From positions 988,299-1,052,298 of the forward strand of contig CBDFIJ010000004.1 in assembly GCA_965248055.1 (NCBI GenBank): DNA of 64,000 bases, written 5' to 3'. Under the pieces are notes generated by a model. That model had not been told where the DNA came from, ran no database searches, and was given only the letters and a program-made list of their open reading frames with translations. The stretch is from Candidatus Multivoradales bacterium. GTDB lineage: Bacteria > Acidobacteriota > Thermoanaerobaculia > Multivoradales > JAHEKO01. Positions 46,656 to 57,106 of this stretch are shown piece by piece. A program made the position numbers and the translations under genes. The first letter of the stretch is position 1, and every line of letters starts with the position of its first letter.

Positions 46656-48569
46656 TTATTCCCGGTGTCGGGCCGCCGCCAAACACAGCTGCGTAGTCAG
46701 CAGATCGAGTGCGTTTAACTCGCACCCTTCATTATGGAGACGCTCTAACGTCGCTGCGATATGCATTGTTTTCTTTGACTTCCGATTGGAGACCCCAAGC
46801 TCAACGGCAACCTCACCCCACGCCCGATCCCAGCAAGAATCGCCGATGTCACCTTTGATAGCCGCCTCTATGTCCCTCGGCCACAGTACGCAGTTGTCAA
46901 GAAACTGAGTAGTACGAGGGTGCTGTTCGTTCTGCTGCTGTCCTAGGACGCCCAGAATGGAATTATTGAGATCATTACTCCTCGTATCGCCCAAGGAATG
47001 CCCTTCTCTATGATCCCCGTCCACCACGGCGTACACAGGAATCCCCAATTGCACCAATATTGCGGCAAAGTCTTGTATCTTGTCCTTTCCACCACATTCA
47101 ACAATGTGTCCACCGTAGCCTCGGAACTCATCCCAACGCCCAAACAGCCTTAGGCTGGTCGCGACATGTGCCACATCCTCCAACCCCTCAACCAATACCA
47201 CAAATGATGCAAAGAACATTTCCGCTTGGCTAGGTCGAAGACACTGTTCGACCGCCATCATTTGACTGCTAGGAAGCCTTGGCGCGCCGCCACCGGCCTC
47301 AGCCAAAACTTCACACAACTTTTTGTAGCTTAGTCCGGTAACCAAAGCCTCTTGTCTCTGATTATGCCTTCGAACCAATCGTACTGATTCAAATCCACGA
47401 CCAGACACAAATTGGGGACTATGACTTGTAACAACTATCTGCACGCCCACATCAGTCGCGAGTCGCTCAAGAACAGCGGCAAGATGTCGCGTTTGTGGTG
47501 GATGCTGAAAGAGTTCAGGCTCCTCGAAACCCAAGAGAAGAGTTCTCCCCTTATCGGACCTCGCATCCGCCAACTCTTCAAGCACTGCGGCGACATAAGC
47601 TCGCTGCAGCCCATGCCCCGTTCTTGAAAACGTCCCGACAAATTCATCGTCATCGCCGAGATGTACTTCGGCCTGAGGTCGAGCAACTTGAATCGACCGA
47701 GATGGTTCCGAAGCCCACTGCAGATTCAACGCAACTCTGGAATGGGACCAGGTGCGAAGTCTCTCTCTGAGGGCAGAACGCAGCGCATCAAGATCAACCT
47801 GCCTTCGGTCTATGATCCCCTGATAGTCAGACTCAGTGCGCTTTCGAAGGGCCTCGACCTCTTCATCAAGGGCAGTGTGCCCTTGGAGTGACAGACTTAG
47901 AAGTTCAGCCAGTGCACTATTCCGTGCATCTGTGGATTCATCAGAGGGGTCCTGCATGGCCGGAATCCTGATCCACTGGAGATGCCTTCCTAACTTGCTT
48001 CCTTGTTGCCAGCCGTAGAACTGGTCTCGGCTTTGTATCTCGACGCACTCACCGCGATGCTCTTCTTCATATGTTCGAAGAGCCAACTTCATGTTTGCCT
48101 TCACTCGTTCGTCGGGCAGGTCTGAAAATTCCTCCCGAAGTTTTGAATATATTCCTCTCAAATCGACCGCAGCCCCGCCACTTGAATCAACTTCGAAATA
48201 GGCAGCGAACCTTTCAATCCCGAGTCTTGATCCAAACTGAACAATTAGAGCTTGCTGTTTTTCAACATCCCACTCCGCGACAGCGCTTACCACCAATTCA
48301 CCACTCCGGACGTAATCCTCTAGTTCGGCCAGCGCATCAACCGAGAGACTCGAAAACGTCAGGGTAATCCGAATTGGCGATGATGTATTTCGGCGATGAA
48401 AATCCTCTTCTTCTAACGACCCCCCCTTGCGAAAAAAGACATCCATTGCCTCCAAGACCGTAGATTTTCCTGCACCATTTGGGCCTACAAAGCAGACGTA
48501 TTCATCGAAGTAGATGGTAATATCCTTAAAGCAGCGAAAATTTTCCACGCGGAGCTTAGTTAGCTGCAT
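46656..48569 (-). CDS. OLD-family ATP-dependent endonuclease (ABC-type ATPase + Toprim; GajA/AriAB-like)
   Basis: Walker A VGPNGAGKST near the N-terminus. FEEPELFQHP (Walker B). VVTSHSP. C-terminal Toprim with VLVEGLED and VVDGD. GC content ~48% vs >60% in the flanks. Confidence 0.75.
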   Translation of the reverse strand: MQLTKLRVENFRCFKDITIYFDEYVCFVGPNGAGKSTVLEAMDVFFRKGGSLEEEDFHRRNTSSPIRITLTFSSLSVDALAELEDYVRSGELVVSAVAEWDVEKQQALIVQFGSRLGIERFAAYFEVDSSGGAAVDLRGIYSKLREEFSDLPDERVKANMKLALRTYEEEHRGECVEIQSRDQFYGWQQGSKLGRHLQWIRIPAMQDPSDESTDARNSALAELLSLSLQGHTALDEEVEALRKRTESDYQGIIDRRQVDLDALRSALRERLRTWSHSRVALNLQWASEPSRSIQVARPQAEVHLGDDDEFVGTFSRTGHGLQRAYVAAVLEELADARSDKGRTLLLGFEEPELFQHPPQTRHLAAVLERLATDVGVQIVVTSHSPQFVSGRGFESVRLVRRHNQRQEALVTGLSYKKLCEVLAEAGGGAPRLPSSQMMAVEQCLRPSQAEMFFASFVVLVEGLEDVAHVATSLRLFGRWDEFRGYGGHIVECGGKDKIQDFAAILVQLGIPVYAVVDGDHREGHSLGDTRSNDLNNSILGVLGQQQNEQHPRTTQFLDNCVLWPRDIEAAIKGDIGDSCWDRAWGEVAVELGVSNRKSKKTMHIAATLERLHNEGCELNALDLLTTQLCLAAARHRE

Positions 48570-48627
48570 TGCTGGTCCTCAATTTGTAGCAGAGGCCGTT
48601 TCATTAAAGCACAAAAAAACCAACGCC

Positions 48628-48843
48628 ATGAACAGAACTCCAGTTGACTCATCCAATATAGCCTCTGTTGGGTACGATTCAAAACGTCGGATTCTTGAGG
48701 TCCAGTTCAATAACGGAACAGTCTACGAGTACTATGAAGTACCCTCGACAACTCACAGCAGCTTGATGTCTGCGGGCTCTACTGGTAGCTACTTCAACGC
48801 CAATATTAGGGATCGATTCCGCTTTACTAAGATTCAATCTTAA
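48628..48843 (+). CDS. KTSC-domain protein
   Basis: IASVGYDSKRRILEVQFNNGTVYEYYEVP.. matches the KTSC (lysyl-tRNA synthetase C-terminal-like) domain. Start moved to ATG 48628. Confidence 0.55.
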   Translation: MNRTPVDSSNIASVGYDSKRRILEVQFNNGTVYEYYEVPSTTHSSLMSAGSTGSYFNANIRDRFRFTKIQS

Positions 48844-48911
48844 GCGTACAGCGCAGCTGGCTGCATAAGAATTGGGCACAGATCTAAAGTATCCTCAGTA
48901 AAGAAGGGCAC

Positions 48912-49360
48912 ATTTTGATCGACGCGCCGATGGAGGAGAACCCTATCTGCCAACTGTCTCAAAGTTGTTGACAGGTTCCGAGAACGCGGCACAGATCCTC
49001 GCCAATGTCGCAGCCCTGGGATTTCGCGTCGAGGACATCGAGATCTTGTTGGCATCGCACGCCCATTTCGACCACACCGGGGGCATGGCGGAGGTCAAGG
49101 AACGAACGGGAGCCCATATTTCAGGAGGGCAGTTTTCGGAAGCCCCGTTTTCGAAAGCACTGCTGTGGCTGAGCGCGGCGGGCGCGGAGCTTGGCAGCAC
49201 GGGAGGCAAGGGGAATTTTCACTTCGGCGATGCGCTTGCCTACCCTGCGGTCGCTGCCGACCACATCCTGGAGCACAGCGCCCCTACAGAAGAGCCCACG
49301 GTTGAGCTCGGTGGACACTCGCTGACCGCGCTGCTAACCCCAGAACATATTGCTCATTAG
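48912..49360 (+). pseudogene. metallo-beta-lactamase (B3-like) gene fragment, frameshifted and truncated
   Basis: ILIDAP in one frame. The next frame holds AAQILANVAALGF...LLASHAHFDHTGG...HFGDALAYP...GHSLTALLTPEH, then a premature stop at about half the normal MBL length. Confidence 0.5.
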
Positions 49361-49477
49361 ATATTGGGGGCTGCACCAGTTGGACGTTCGAGGTCATGGA
49401 CGGTGACCGAAAGCTCAAGGCGCTCATCGCCTGTAGTCTCACTGCCCTACCTCTCGATCGAGGCAGGAGGTCGCCTT

Positions 49478-49524
49478 GTTCGTGAAGATTGTAAGTTGAA
49501 TTGACAATTTTCACGAACAATCCT
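49478..49524. promoter_or_regulatory. 11-bp-arm inverted repeat (TTGTTCGTGAA-N24-TTCACGAACAA) upstream of the AAA ATPase gene
   Basis: Perfect arms seen in the sequence. Contains TTGACA. Confidence 0.35.
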
Positions 49525-49535
49525 AGGATCCTCTC

Positions 49536-50726
49536 GTGCCTATTCGTCGCGATGTTGCCTCCCACATATCTGCATTATGTGAGTCCTTCCCGGTGGTCAC
49601 CATTACCGGTCCCCGTCAGTCGGGCAAGACAACTCTTTGCCGGGATCTTTTTCCAGACAAACCGTATCTCTCTCTGGAATCGCTCGATCAACGCGAGTAC
49701 GCGTCAGGCGATCCACGTGCCTTTCTTGATGAATACCGCGAAGGTGCAGTGATCGACGAGGTGCAGCGAGTCCCCGACTTGCTCTCGTACCTACAGACTG
49801 AGGTCGACCAAGACCCGAGGGCTGGGCGGTTCATCCTCACCGGTTCTGCGAATCTCGCCCTTTTGCAGTCGGTTTCACAATCACTCGCAGGCCGCACTGG
49901 GCTGGTCACATTGCTACCCTGCACGCGTCGAGAAATAGAGCGCTTTCCCGACTACCCCCCAGTCTCTTGGAAGCAGGACCTTTGGGAGCACATTTGGCGC
50001 GGTGGCTTTCCTGCAATTCCAGACCGCGGTATCGCCCCTGCAGACTGGTTTGAGGCCTACGTTGCAACCTACGTCGAACGCGATGTCCGCCAAATCACCA
50101 ATGTCACCGATCTGTCGGCATTCCAAACCTTCCTGGGATTGATTGCTGGACGCACCGGGCAGTTGCTCAATCTTTCGCAGGTGGGCAACGACGCGGGCAT
50201 AACCCACAACACCGCAAAGTCCTGGCTCTCGGTACTGGAAACGGGGTACCTCGCTTTCCGGCTGCGTCCGTTTCACGCCAACCTGCGCAAGCGTTTGGTC
50301 AAGTCTCCGAAGACCTATTTCTACGACACTGGGTTGGCCTGCTTTCTGATCGGCATTCGCTCACCCGATCAGTTGGCGACACACCCGCTGCGGGGAGCTC
50401 TGTTCGAGAACTACGTTGTCTGCGAGATACTGAAGTCGATCCTGAACAAGGGTCGACGTCCCCGGCTCTCTTTCTACCGCGACCACTACGGACACGAAGT
50501 CGATCTGTTGGTGGAGCGAGAGACCGACATCACCGCTGTTGAGATCAAATCGGGCGGTACGATTGCCAGCGACTTCTTCAAGGACTTGAAATGGTTGCGC
50601 GAGCAGGGCAAGGGAACTCTCAATGCGACCATGAATCCGATGTTGGTATACGGAGGAAGAGAAGCACAAGAGCGCAGCCACGCCAAGGTTGTCCCGTGGC
50701 CCGATATCGAAGATTTCAATTGGTAG
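49536..50726 (+). CDS. AAA-superfamily ATPase with DUF4143 C-terminal domain
   Basis: VVTITGPRQSGKTTL (Walker A), DEVQRVPDL (Walker B) and a C-terminal DUF4143-like region. A common stand-alone ATP-binding protein family. Confidence 0.75.
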   Translation: MPIRRDVASHISALCESFPVVTITGPRQSGKTTLCRDLFPDKPYLSLESLDQREYASGDPRAFLDEYREGAVIDEVQRVPDLLSYLQTEVDQDPRAGRFILTGSANLALLQSVSQSLAGRTGLVTLLPCTRREIERFPDYPPVSWKQDLWEHIWRGGFPAIPDRGIAPADWFEAYVATYVERDVRQITNVTDLSAFQTFLGLIAGRTGQLLNLSQVGNDAGITHNTAKSWLSVLETGYLAFRLRPFHANLRKRLVKSPKTYFYDTGLACFLIGIRSPDQLATHPLRGALFENYVVCEILKSILNKGRRPRLSFYRDHYGHEVDLLVERETDITAVEIKSGGTIASDFFKDLKWLREQGKGTLNATMNPMLVYGGREAQERSHAKVVPWPDIEDFNW

Positions 50727-50753
50727 TAAGTTCTTATTCGGAGGATCGATCAC

Positions 50754-51644
50754 ATGCAGCACGAGAGCATCGGAAACACCGCATTCTCGGCCTCATCCGT
50801 CTCCTACGGCGCCTGGCCGCTTTCCGACCCGTCCCCTCGCCCCACCGAAGCGGAGGCTATTCAGGTGGTCCACGCCGCGTTGGATGGTGGAGCGACGCTG
50901 ATCGATACCGCGGATGCTTACTGCCTGGAGCAGAGCGAGGTGGGGCACAACGAGCGGTTAGTGGCCAAGGCGCTGAAGGCCTGGTCGGGGCCGCAATCTG
51001 GAGCCAAGCATGAGATCACGGTGGCAACCAAGGGCGGGTTCGTCCGGCCCGGCGGTCAGTGGGTGTCGAAGGCCGATCCAGAGCACTTACGCTCCGCTTG
51101 TGAGCATTCGCTGCGATGTCTCAACACCGACTGCATCGACCTGTATCAACTCCATGCCCCAGATCCCAAAGTGCCGCTGGAGGACAGCGTTGGAACGCTG
51201 GCCGCTCTGCAGCAGGAAGGCAAGATTGACAAGATCGGGCTTTCCAATGTCTCGGTGGCAGAGATCGAGATCGCCCGATCGATCGTTGAGATCGTCAGCG
51301 TGCAGAGCCGACTCAATCCGTTCTTCCGTGAGGCGCTGCGCGACGGCGTAGTCGATCATTGCGACCAGAATGGTCTGGTGTTCTTCGCCTACAGCCCGCT
51401 GGGCGGTGGCCGGCTCAACCGCAAGTTGCCCGAGATTCCCGAACTGCAGGCGATCGCCGAGAGCCACGGTGCCTCCAACCATGCGGTGGTCTTGGCCTGG
51501 GTGCTGGCGCAAGGGTCCAACGTGGTGGCGATCCCGGCTGCGCGTAGGATTGCACACGTGCTCGATAGCCAGTCGGCTGCCTCAATCGAACTCAGCGCCG
51601 AAGAACTGGCCTTGATCGACGCGGCGACCTTCTCCATCGCTTAG
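50754..51644 (+). CDS. aldo/keto reductase
   Basis: LIDTADAY (Asp/Tyr of the catalytic tetrad), AKR-type (beta/alpha)8 barrel throughout. Confidence 0.85.
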   Translation: MQHESIGNTAFSASSVSYGAWPLSDPSPRPTEAEAIQVVHAALDGGATLIDTADAYCLEQSEVGHNERLVAKALKAWSGPQSGAKHEITVATKGGFVRPGGQWVSKADPEHLRSACEHSLRCLNTDCIDLYQLHAPDPKVPLEDSVGTLAALQQEGKIDKIGLSNVSVAEIEIARSIVEIVSVQSRLNPFFREALRDGVVDHCDQNGLVFFAYSPLGGGRLNRKLPEIPELQAIAESHGASNHAVVLAWVLAQGSNVVAIPAARRIAHVLDSQSAASIELSAEELALIDAATFSIA

Positions 51645-51650
51645 GACAGC

Positions 51651-52406
51651 GTGCCAACCTTCGCCCTTTTGTGTCTTCTGCGCCTCTTGGCGGTCGGGGC
51701 GGAAGACGACAATCGCCCTGCTGTCCCGGAGCTTCTGTACGGCAGCCAGACGCAATACCCGATCTGGGTTTCGCTGGATGCGATCAACCAGAACGGTGTC
51801 GACCCGAACTATCCGCACAATGAGGTGGTGTGGGACAACCGCCCCATCGCACTCATGCCCTCCGCCGAATGCGACGAAACGACCATGATCTACGATCATT
51901 TCGGATGGATCGAGCGCCGCCCGGAGAGTGTTGAAGAGCTGTTGACAAACGAGCAGCCGATACTCCGTTTTGAAATCGTGCATTCGACTCCTGGCTTCTA
52001 TACCGGCATGCCGGCGTTCATGCTCCAATTGCGGACCGAGTGGATGAGCGAATCCGCGTTCCGAAAGTACGGCTGGCGGTCGTACTTCAATGCTGCATTG
52101 TTGGAAGGTTCATTCAGACAAGGGGATCAGTACCAATGCTGGAATCAATTAGGTGATGGAGAGCTTGCTCTCCAATCTCTCACTGTTGGATCAGACGTCC
52201 TGTACTTGCCATTGCACGAAGCATACGGTCACGAGGCTTTGGAGTTCGTATATGCGGAAGAAATCTTCGCGCGAGGCCAGGACGGCACCGAGTTGATCCC
52301 CGACGAGCTGAGCAAATCCAGCCCATCACCTTTGTCTTTTGAAGTGATTGAGAAGGTGGTCCGCAGTAGCTTACGCCAAGTGGTACAGCCGGAAGACTTC
52401 GACTAG
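51651..52406 (+). CDS. hypothetical protein
   Basis: 251-aa ORF. GTG start 7 bp after the AKR stop. Lower GC. No known motif recognised. Confidence 0.35.
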   Translation: MPTFALLCLLRLLAVGAEDDNRPAVPELLYGSQTQYPIWVSLDAINQNGVDPNYPHNEVVWDNRPIALMPSAECDETTMIYDHFGWIERRPESVEELLTNEQPILRFEIVHSTPGFYTGMPAFMLQLRTEWMSESAFRKYGWRSYFNAALLEGSFRQGDQYQCWNQLGDGELALQSLTVGSDVLYLPLHEAYGHEALEFVYAEEIFARGQDGTELIPDELSKSSPSPLSFEVIEKVVRSSLRQVVQPEDFD

Positions 52407-52469
52407 AAACGCTCTAAGTACCCGCTCGTTCGCCGCAGACGGCGTGCGAGAACAGGCCGACTCAGGTGG

Positions 52470-53095
52470 GCCGGTCGATACAGATTCCCGCCCCTCGCTC
52501 CCCACCCGCTGGAATGACGGGCTGCTACTACCTTTTACCCCACCCGCGTCAGAATGGGAGGGGGCAACCCCCTCGATCCAACTCAGCGCCGAAGAACTGG
52601 CCTTGATCGAAGCCGCGACCTTCTCCATCGCCTAGCTATCAACGTATTCAAAACGACACACCCCCAACTCGTCATCCCGGCGGGGAAAGGATTGGGGGGC
52701 CGGGATCTACACATCTCAGCTGCGGAATCTGCACGCCCACCTTGGCAAAGATTCCCGCCCCACGCTCCCCTCCCGCGGGAATGACCGCCTGCTTTGCAGG
52801 GGCGGGTTTTACCCGCCCGCGTCAGAACGGGCGGGGACAAACCTCCCCCCTACTTCTCCATCGCCTAGCTATCTCCGCGCGCCCTTATGACCTACCCAAA
52901 CTCGTCATCCCGGCGGGGGAAGGATTGGGGGGCCGGGATCTACGCATCCCAGCTGCGGAATCTGCACGCCCACCTTGGCAAAGATTCCCCCCCACGCTCC
53001 CCGCCCGCGGGAATGACGGGCTGCTTTGTAGGGTCGGGCTTTACGCCCGCCCGCGTCGGAAGGGAGGGGATAAACCCCTCCCCTACACCTAGCTG
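52470..53095. repeat. tandem array D: ~240-bp module x~2.6, each carrying a divergent F1 palindromic element, a GGGAGGGG-N4-CCCCTCCC hairpin and a copy of the last ~60 bp of the AKR gene
   Basis: 52650-52890 vs 52890-53095 ~90% identical. Tail ..SAEELALIEAATFSIA* at 52577-52635 duplicates the AKR C-terminus (51585-51644). Confidence 0.7.
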
Positions 53096-53140
53096 GCGTA
53101 TGCGTACGAAGCGCGGCCCGAGCACTGCTACCATCACCGC

Positions 53141-55078
53141 ATGATGTATCGCCGTCTTCTATTTGCTGCCGTTGGATCGGCCTTAGCTTTCGTCGCCACA
53201 GCCCTCGCTGCGCCCACCGACAAACCGGTACTCCACGCCCAGCATTGGCTGGCGATCACCGGTAAGCCTTTGGGAGCCAGCGCCGGAGCACAGATATTCA
53301 CTCAAGGCGGCAACGCGGTGGACTCGGCTTGCGCGATGCTGGCTGCGACTTCCACCATGTGGGACACGTTGGGTTGGGGCGGGGAAACGCAGGCGTTGAT
53401 CTATCACCCAGGCGAGAAACGGGTGATCGGCATCAATGGACTAGGGGTCGCTCCCAGCGGCGCCACGGTCGAGTTTTTCCGCGAACAAGGATTACTCTAC
53501 CCACCTGAATTCGGTCCGCAAGCAGCGGTGACCCCAGGAACGCCGGGCGCGCTGATGACCATGCTGGCCGAGTACGGAACGATGTCGTTAGCCGAAGTGC
53601 TGGCCCCGGCGATGCAGATGGCTGAGGGCTATCCAGTTGAGGCGCAGCAGGCCAACAACATGGAGCGTCGGCGCGAGATTCTCGTCCAGTGGCCGAGTTC
53701 GAAAGAGGTTTTCCTACCCCACTGGGATACCTGCGCTGCGGCGAGCGAGGACGGAGTCCCTTCCGAAGACTGCCGTGTAGCCCCCTACCCAGGGGAGATC
53801 TTGCGCCAACCGGACCTGCACCGCACCTTAGCCAAACTGGTGGAGACCGAAGTCGAGGCTTTGGCTGCAGGCAAGTCGCGCAGCGAAGCAATCTACGCCG
53901 CCTATGACCGTTTCTATCGTGGAGACGTCGCGGAAGACTTGGTTGCCGCTACCCGCGAAGCGGGAGGACTGTTCACCGTCGAAGATCTGGACAACTGGCA
54001 GGTATATATCGAGGAGCCGGTGTCGGCGGACTACCGAGGCATTGAGGTCTACAAATTGACCCATTGGGTGCAAGGGCCGGTGATGCTGCAAGCTTTGAAC
54101 ATGCTCAAGAAACTCGACCTAGAGCCGATGGGCTACAACTCCGCGCTCTACATCCACTTGGTCAATCAGGTGATGAACCTGGCCTTCGCCGATCGAGATT
54201 TCTACTACGGCGACCCATATTTTCCGCCCGAGGAACCGATTGAAGGTCTGCTGTCGGATGACTATGCCGCTCACCGCTTGCTCCAGATCGACTGGAAGCA
54301 GAATGACGCGGACGCCAAGCCCGGTAATCCCTACCCGTTTCAGAACGGTGAGAATCCGTTCAGCGACCTCCTAGAGTCTTGGAGCAATATCCCGGCCACC
54401 GTGGACGCAGAAGGAAAGGAGAGCTGGCAGCAGACCTTGCTTCCTCCGAATGGAGCCACACCCCGCGGTTCGATGACCGCGGACGAGGCGTTCGTCGCCG
54501 GCACCACTTCGATCCAAGCCGCCGACGAGCAAGGATGGGTGGTCTCGATCACCCCGTCCGGCGGTTGGATTCCCGCGTTTATCGCCGGGGATACCGGCAT
54601 CGGCTTATCGCAGCGGATGCAGAGCTTTGTTTTGGACGAACGGCTCAATCCCTACAACTTGTTGGAACCGGGAAAGCGGCCCCGCGCCACCCTCACTCCT
54701 GGCATGGCACTCAAAGACGGCAAGCCGTATCTCTCGTTTGCCGTCCAAGGTGGTGACACCCAGGATCAGAATCTGCTGCAGTGGTTCTTGAACGTGGTTG
54801 AGTTTGGCATGAACGCCCAGCAAGCCGCCGAGGCTGCCAACTTCAACTCCTACCAAATGCAGTCCAGCTTCGGCGCCCACAACGCCGAGCCGGGACGTTT
54901 GGTGGTGCGCGAGGACCTGCCGGTGTGGGTCACCGACAAGCTGAACGAAATGGGCTATTCGGTGGAAAAGAGAGCCAAGACCTCGGGACCGATTACTGCC
55001 ATTGTCTTTGACCATGAAACCGGGACCATGTGGGGAGCGGCGAGTGACTTTGGGGAGGACTATGGGGTCGGGTGGTAA
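53141..55078 (+). CDS. ggt: gamma-glutamyltransferase family protein
   Basis: Signal peptide. GGT-like N-terminal region. Autoprocessing/nucleophile region ..AGTTSIQAADEQGWVVSITPSGG.. Confidence 0.75.
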   Translation: MMYRRLLFAAVGSALAFVATALAAPTDKPVLHAQHWLAITGKPLGASAGAQIFTQGGNAVDSACAMLAATSTMWDTLGWGGETQALIYHPGEKRVIGINGLGVAPSGATVEFFREQGLLYPPEFGPQAAVTPGTPGALMTMLAEYGTMSLAEVLAPAMQMAEGYPVEAQQANNMERRREILVQWPSSKEVFLPHWDTCAAASEDGVPSEDCRVAPYPGEILRQPDLHRTLAKLVETEVEALAAGKSRSEAIYAAYDRFYRGDVAEDLVAATREAGGLFTVEDLDNWQVYIEEPVSADYRGIEVYKLTHWVQGPVMLQALNMLKKLDLEPMGYNSALYIHLVNQVMNLAFADRDFYYGDPYFPPEEPIEGLLSDDYAAHRLLQIDWKQNDADAKPGNPYPFQNGENPFSDLLESWSNIPATVDAEGKESWQQTLLPPNGATPRGSMTADEAFVAGTTSIQAADEQGWVVSITPSGGWIPAFIAGDTGIGLSQRMQSFVLDERLNPYNLLEPGKRPRATLTPGMALKDGKPYLSFAVQGGDTQDQNLLQWFLNVVEFGMNAQQAAEAANFNSYQMQSSFGAHNAEPGRLVVREDLPVWVTDKLNEMGYSVEKRAKTSGPITAIVFDHETGTMWGAASDFGEDYGVGW

Positions 55079-55336
55079 GAATGACGAGCACGGGCCATCA
55101 TCAACGCCCCTTGGACGTCGGAGAATACGCGGACAGATCCCGGCTCCCCTCCCCCACCCCCGCCGGGATGACGGAGGCGGCGCTCCCCGAAATGACTCGG
55201 GTTGAGGCGCCCGCCGGAACGACATGAGCATGAGACGGGCTTGCCCTCGGTCGAGGGCGTCATTCCCGCGGGCGGGAGTGCCCGGACCGGAAAGCCGAGG
55301 GCGGGAATCTGGTGGACGATGAATATCCAATAGCTA

Positions 55337-56146
55337 ATGAAGAGACCACCCCAAAGAGATCCGGTGATCAGCGGCGAGACCTCCATCGACCGGCTTCGCG
55401 CCCTCATCGAACATCTGCGCGGACCCGACGGCTGTGCCTGGGACCGAGAACAGACTGTGCAATCGGTGCGCGCCAATCTGCTGGAGGAAGCGCACGAAGT
55501 CGCCGCAGCAATCGACGGCGGTGACAACGACGAACTGCGGGAAGAGCTGGGCGATCTGCTGTTCCAAGTCGCGTTCTTGGCGCGCATGGCTGAGGAAGAA
55601 GGGATCTTCGATTTCGACCAAGTCGCCAATGAAGTAGTCGACAAGATGATCGCCCGGCATCCGCACGTATTCGGCGATGAGGTCGCCGAGACCGCCGCCG
55701 AAGTGCGTAAGCAGTGGGAGCACCGCAAACAGGCAGATCGAGAAGATAAGAGCGGAACCAGATCGGCGCTGGATGGCGTTCCCACCACCCTGCCGGCACT
55801 CACCGGCGCCTATCGCCTGTCACAGAAAGCAGCAGCGCTGGGCTTTGATTGGCCGGACATCGAAGGCGTCCTCGACAAACTCACGGAAGAATGTCGCGAA
55901 CTGGCCGAAGCCGAGACTGCGGATGAAATCGCCGATGAATTTGGTGATGTGCTGTTCAGTTTGGTTAACCTAGCCCGACACCTGGGGCTGGAACCAGAGG
56001 GGGCCCTGGCGGCGGCCAACATTAAGTTCCGCACCCGCTTTGGGAAAATGGAAGAGATAGTCGCCAACGAAGGGGATCGAGTCTCGGATCTAACGTTAGA
56101 TCAGCTTGAGGACCTCTGGCAGAGGGCCAAACAGAGCCTCGATTAA
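55337..56146 (+). CDS. mazG: nucleoside triphosphate pyrophosphohydrolase MazG (tandem MazG domains)
   Basis: EEAHEVAAAIDGGD..EELGDLLFQV and a second copy EECRELAEAE..DEFGDVLFSLVNLARHL. Confidence 0.85.
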   Translation: MKRPPQRDPVISGETSIDRLRALIEHLRGPDGCAWDREQTVQSVRANLLEEAHEVAAAIDGGDNDELREELGDLLFQVAFLARMAEEEGIFDFDQVANEVVDKMIARHPHVFGDEVAETAAEVRKQWEHRKQADREDKSGTRSALDGVPTTLPALTGAYRLSQKAAALGFDWPDIEGVLDKLTEECRELAEAETADEIADEFGDVLFSLVNLARHLGLEPEGALAAANIKFRTRFGKMEEIVANEGDRVSDLTLDQLEDLWQRAKQSLD

Positions 56147-56264
56147 GACTCATGAACGGGAGGGGATGACCCCCTCCCCTGCCTTAAGAAAATAGTTTGT
56201 GGAGATAAACGGATCGCCTTTGCGTGTTTCTCGTAGGGAGAGGGCCGCGATCGCCTCCGACTCA

Positions 56265-57060
56265 CTCGTCATCCCCGAAGGGCGGGGGTTTGGCGGTCAG
56301 GGTCTTACAAGCGAAAAGACTACCGACGGATTACGTGACTGGCTGAGATCCCGGCCCCCCGCCCTCACACCCGCCGGGATGACGAGGGCTACCCGCGGCC
56401 GGATGACGAAGGAAGTGCCTGCCGGGATGACAAGGGAAATGTACGCCGAGATGACGGAAGCGGTACCCGCCGGACGACTCATCTGTGTCATCCCCGAAGG
56501 GAGGTGGCTCCGGGGGGCGGGAATCTTTCAAGCGCAGGGTCACCGACGGATTACCTGGTTGGCTGAGATCCCGGCCCCCCGCCCTCACACCCGCCGGGAT
56601 GACGAGGGCTACCCGCGGCCGGATGACGAAGGAAGTGCCTGCCGGGATGACAAGGGAAATGTACGCCGGGATGACGGAAGCGGTACCCGCCGGACGACTC
56701 ATCTGTGTCATCCCCGAAGGGAGGTGGCTCCGGGGGGCGGGAATCTTTCAAGCGAAGGGTCACCGATGGATTACCTGGTTGGCTGAGATCCCGGCCCCCC
56801 GCCCTCACACCCGCCGGGATGACGAGGGGTACCCGCGGCCGGATGACGAAGGAAGTGCCTGCCGGGATGACAAGGGAAATGTACGCCGAGATGACGGAAG
56901 CGGTACCCGCCGGACGACTCATCTGTGTCATCCCCGAAGGGAGGTGGCTCCGGGGGTCGGGGATCTTTCAAGCGAAGGGTCACCGACGGATTACCTGGCT
57001 GAGATCCCGGCCCACCGCCCGCACACCCGCCGGGGTGACGAAGGAAGTGCCTGCTGGAAT
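56265..57060. repeat. tandem array A: ~220-bp unit x~3.7 built on the F1 element (TCGTCATCCCCGAAGGG..GGTCGGGGATC..GATCCCGGCCCCCCGCCCTCACACCCGCCGGGATGACGA) followed by four ~24-bp sub-repeats with a GGATGAC core
   Basis: Unit boundaries 56485/56705/56925 read from the sequence. Units >95% identical. Open frames on both strands are not in register across units (220 is not a multiple of 3). Confidence 0.8.
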
Positions 57061-57106
57061 GACGGAAGAGGCGCAGGCGCCTGCTTTTCAAGCATCTACT
57101 TATCGA

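Noticed and set aside
55060-55803. 247-aa minus-strand ORF overlapping mazG
   Set aside because: It is antisense to a well-supported MazG CDS with tandem EExxE motifs. It is Ser/Arg-rich low complexity, typical of a GC-rich antisense frame.
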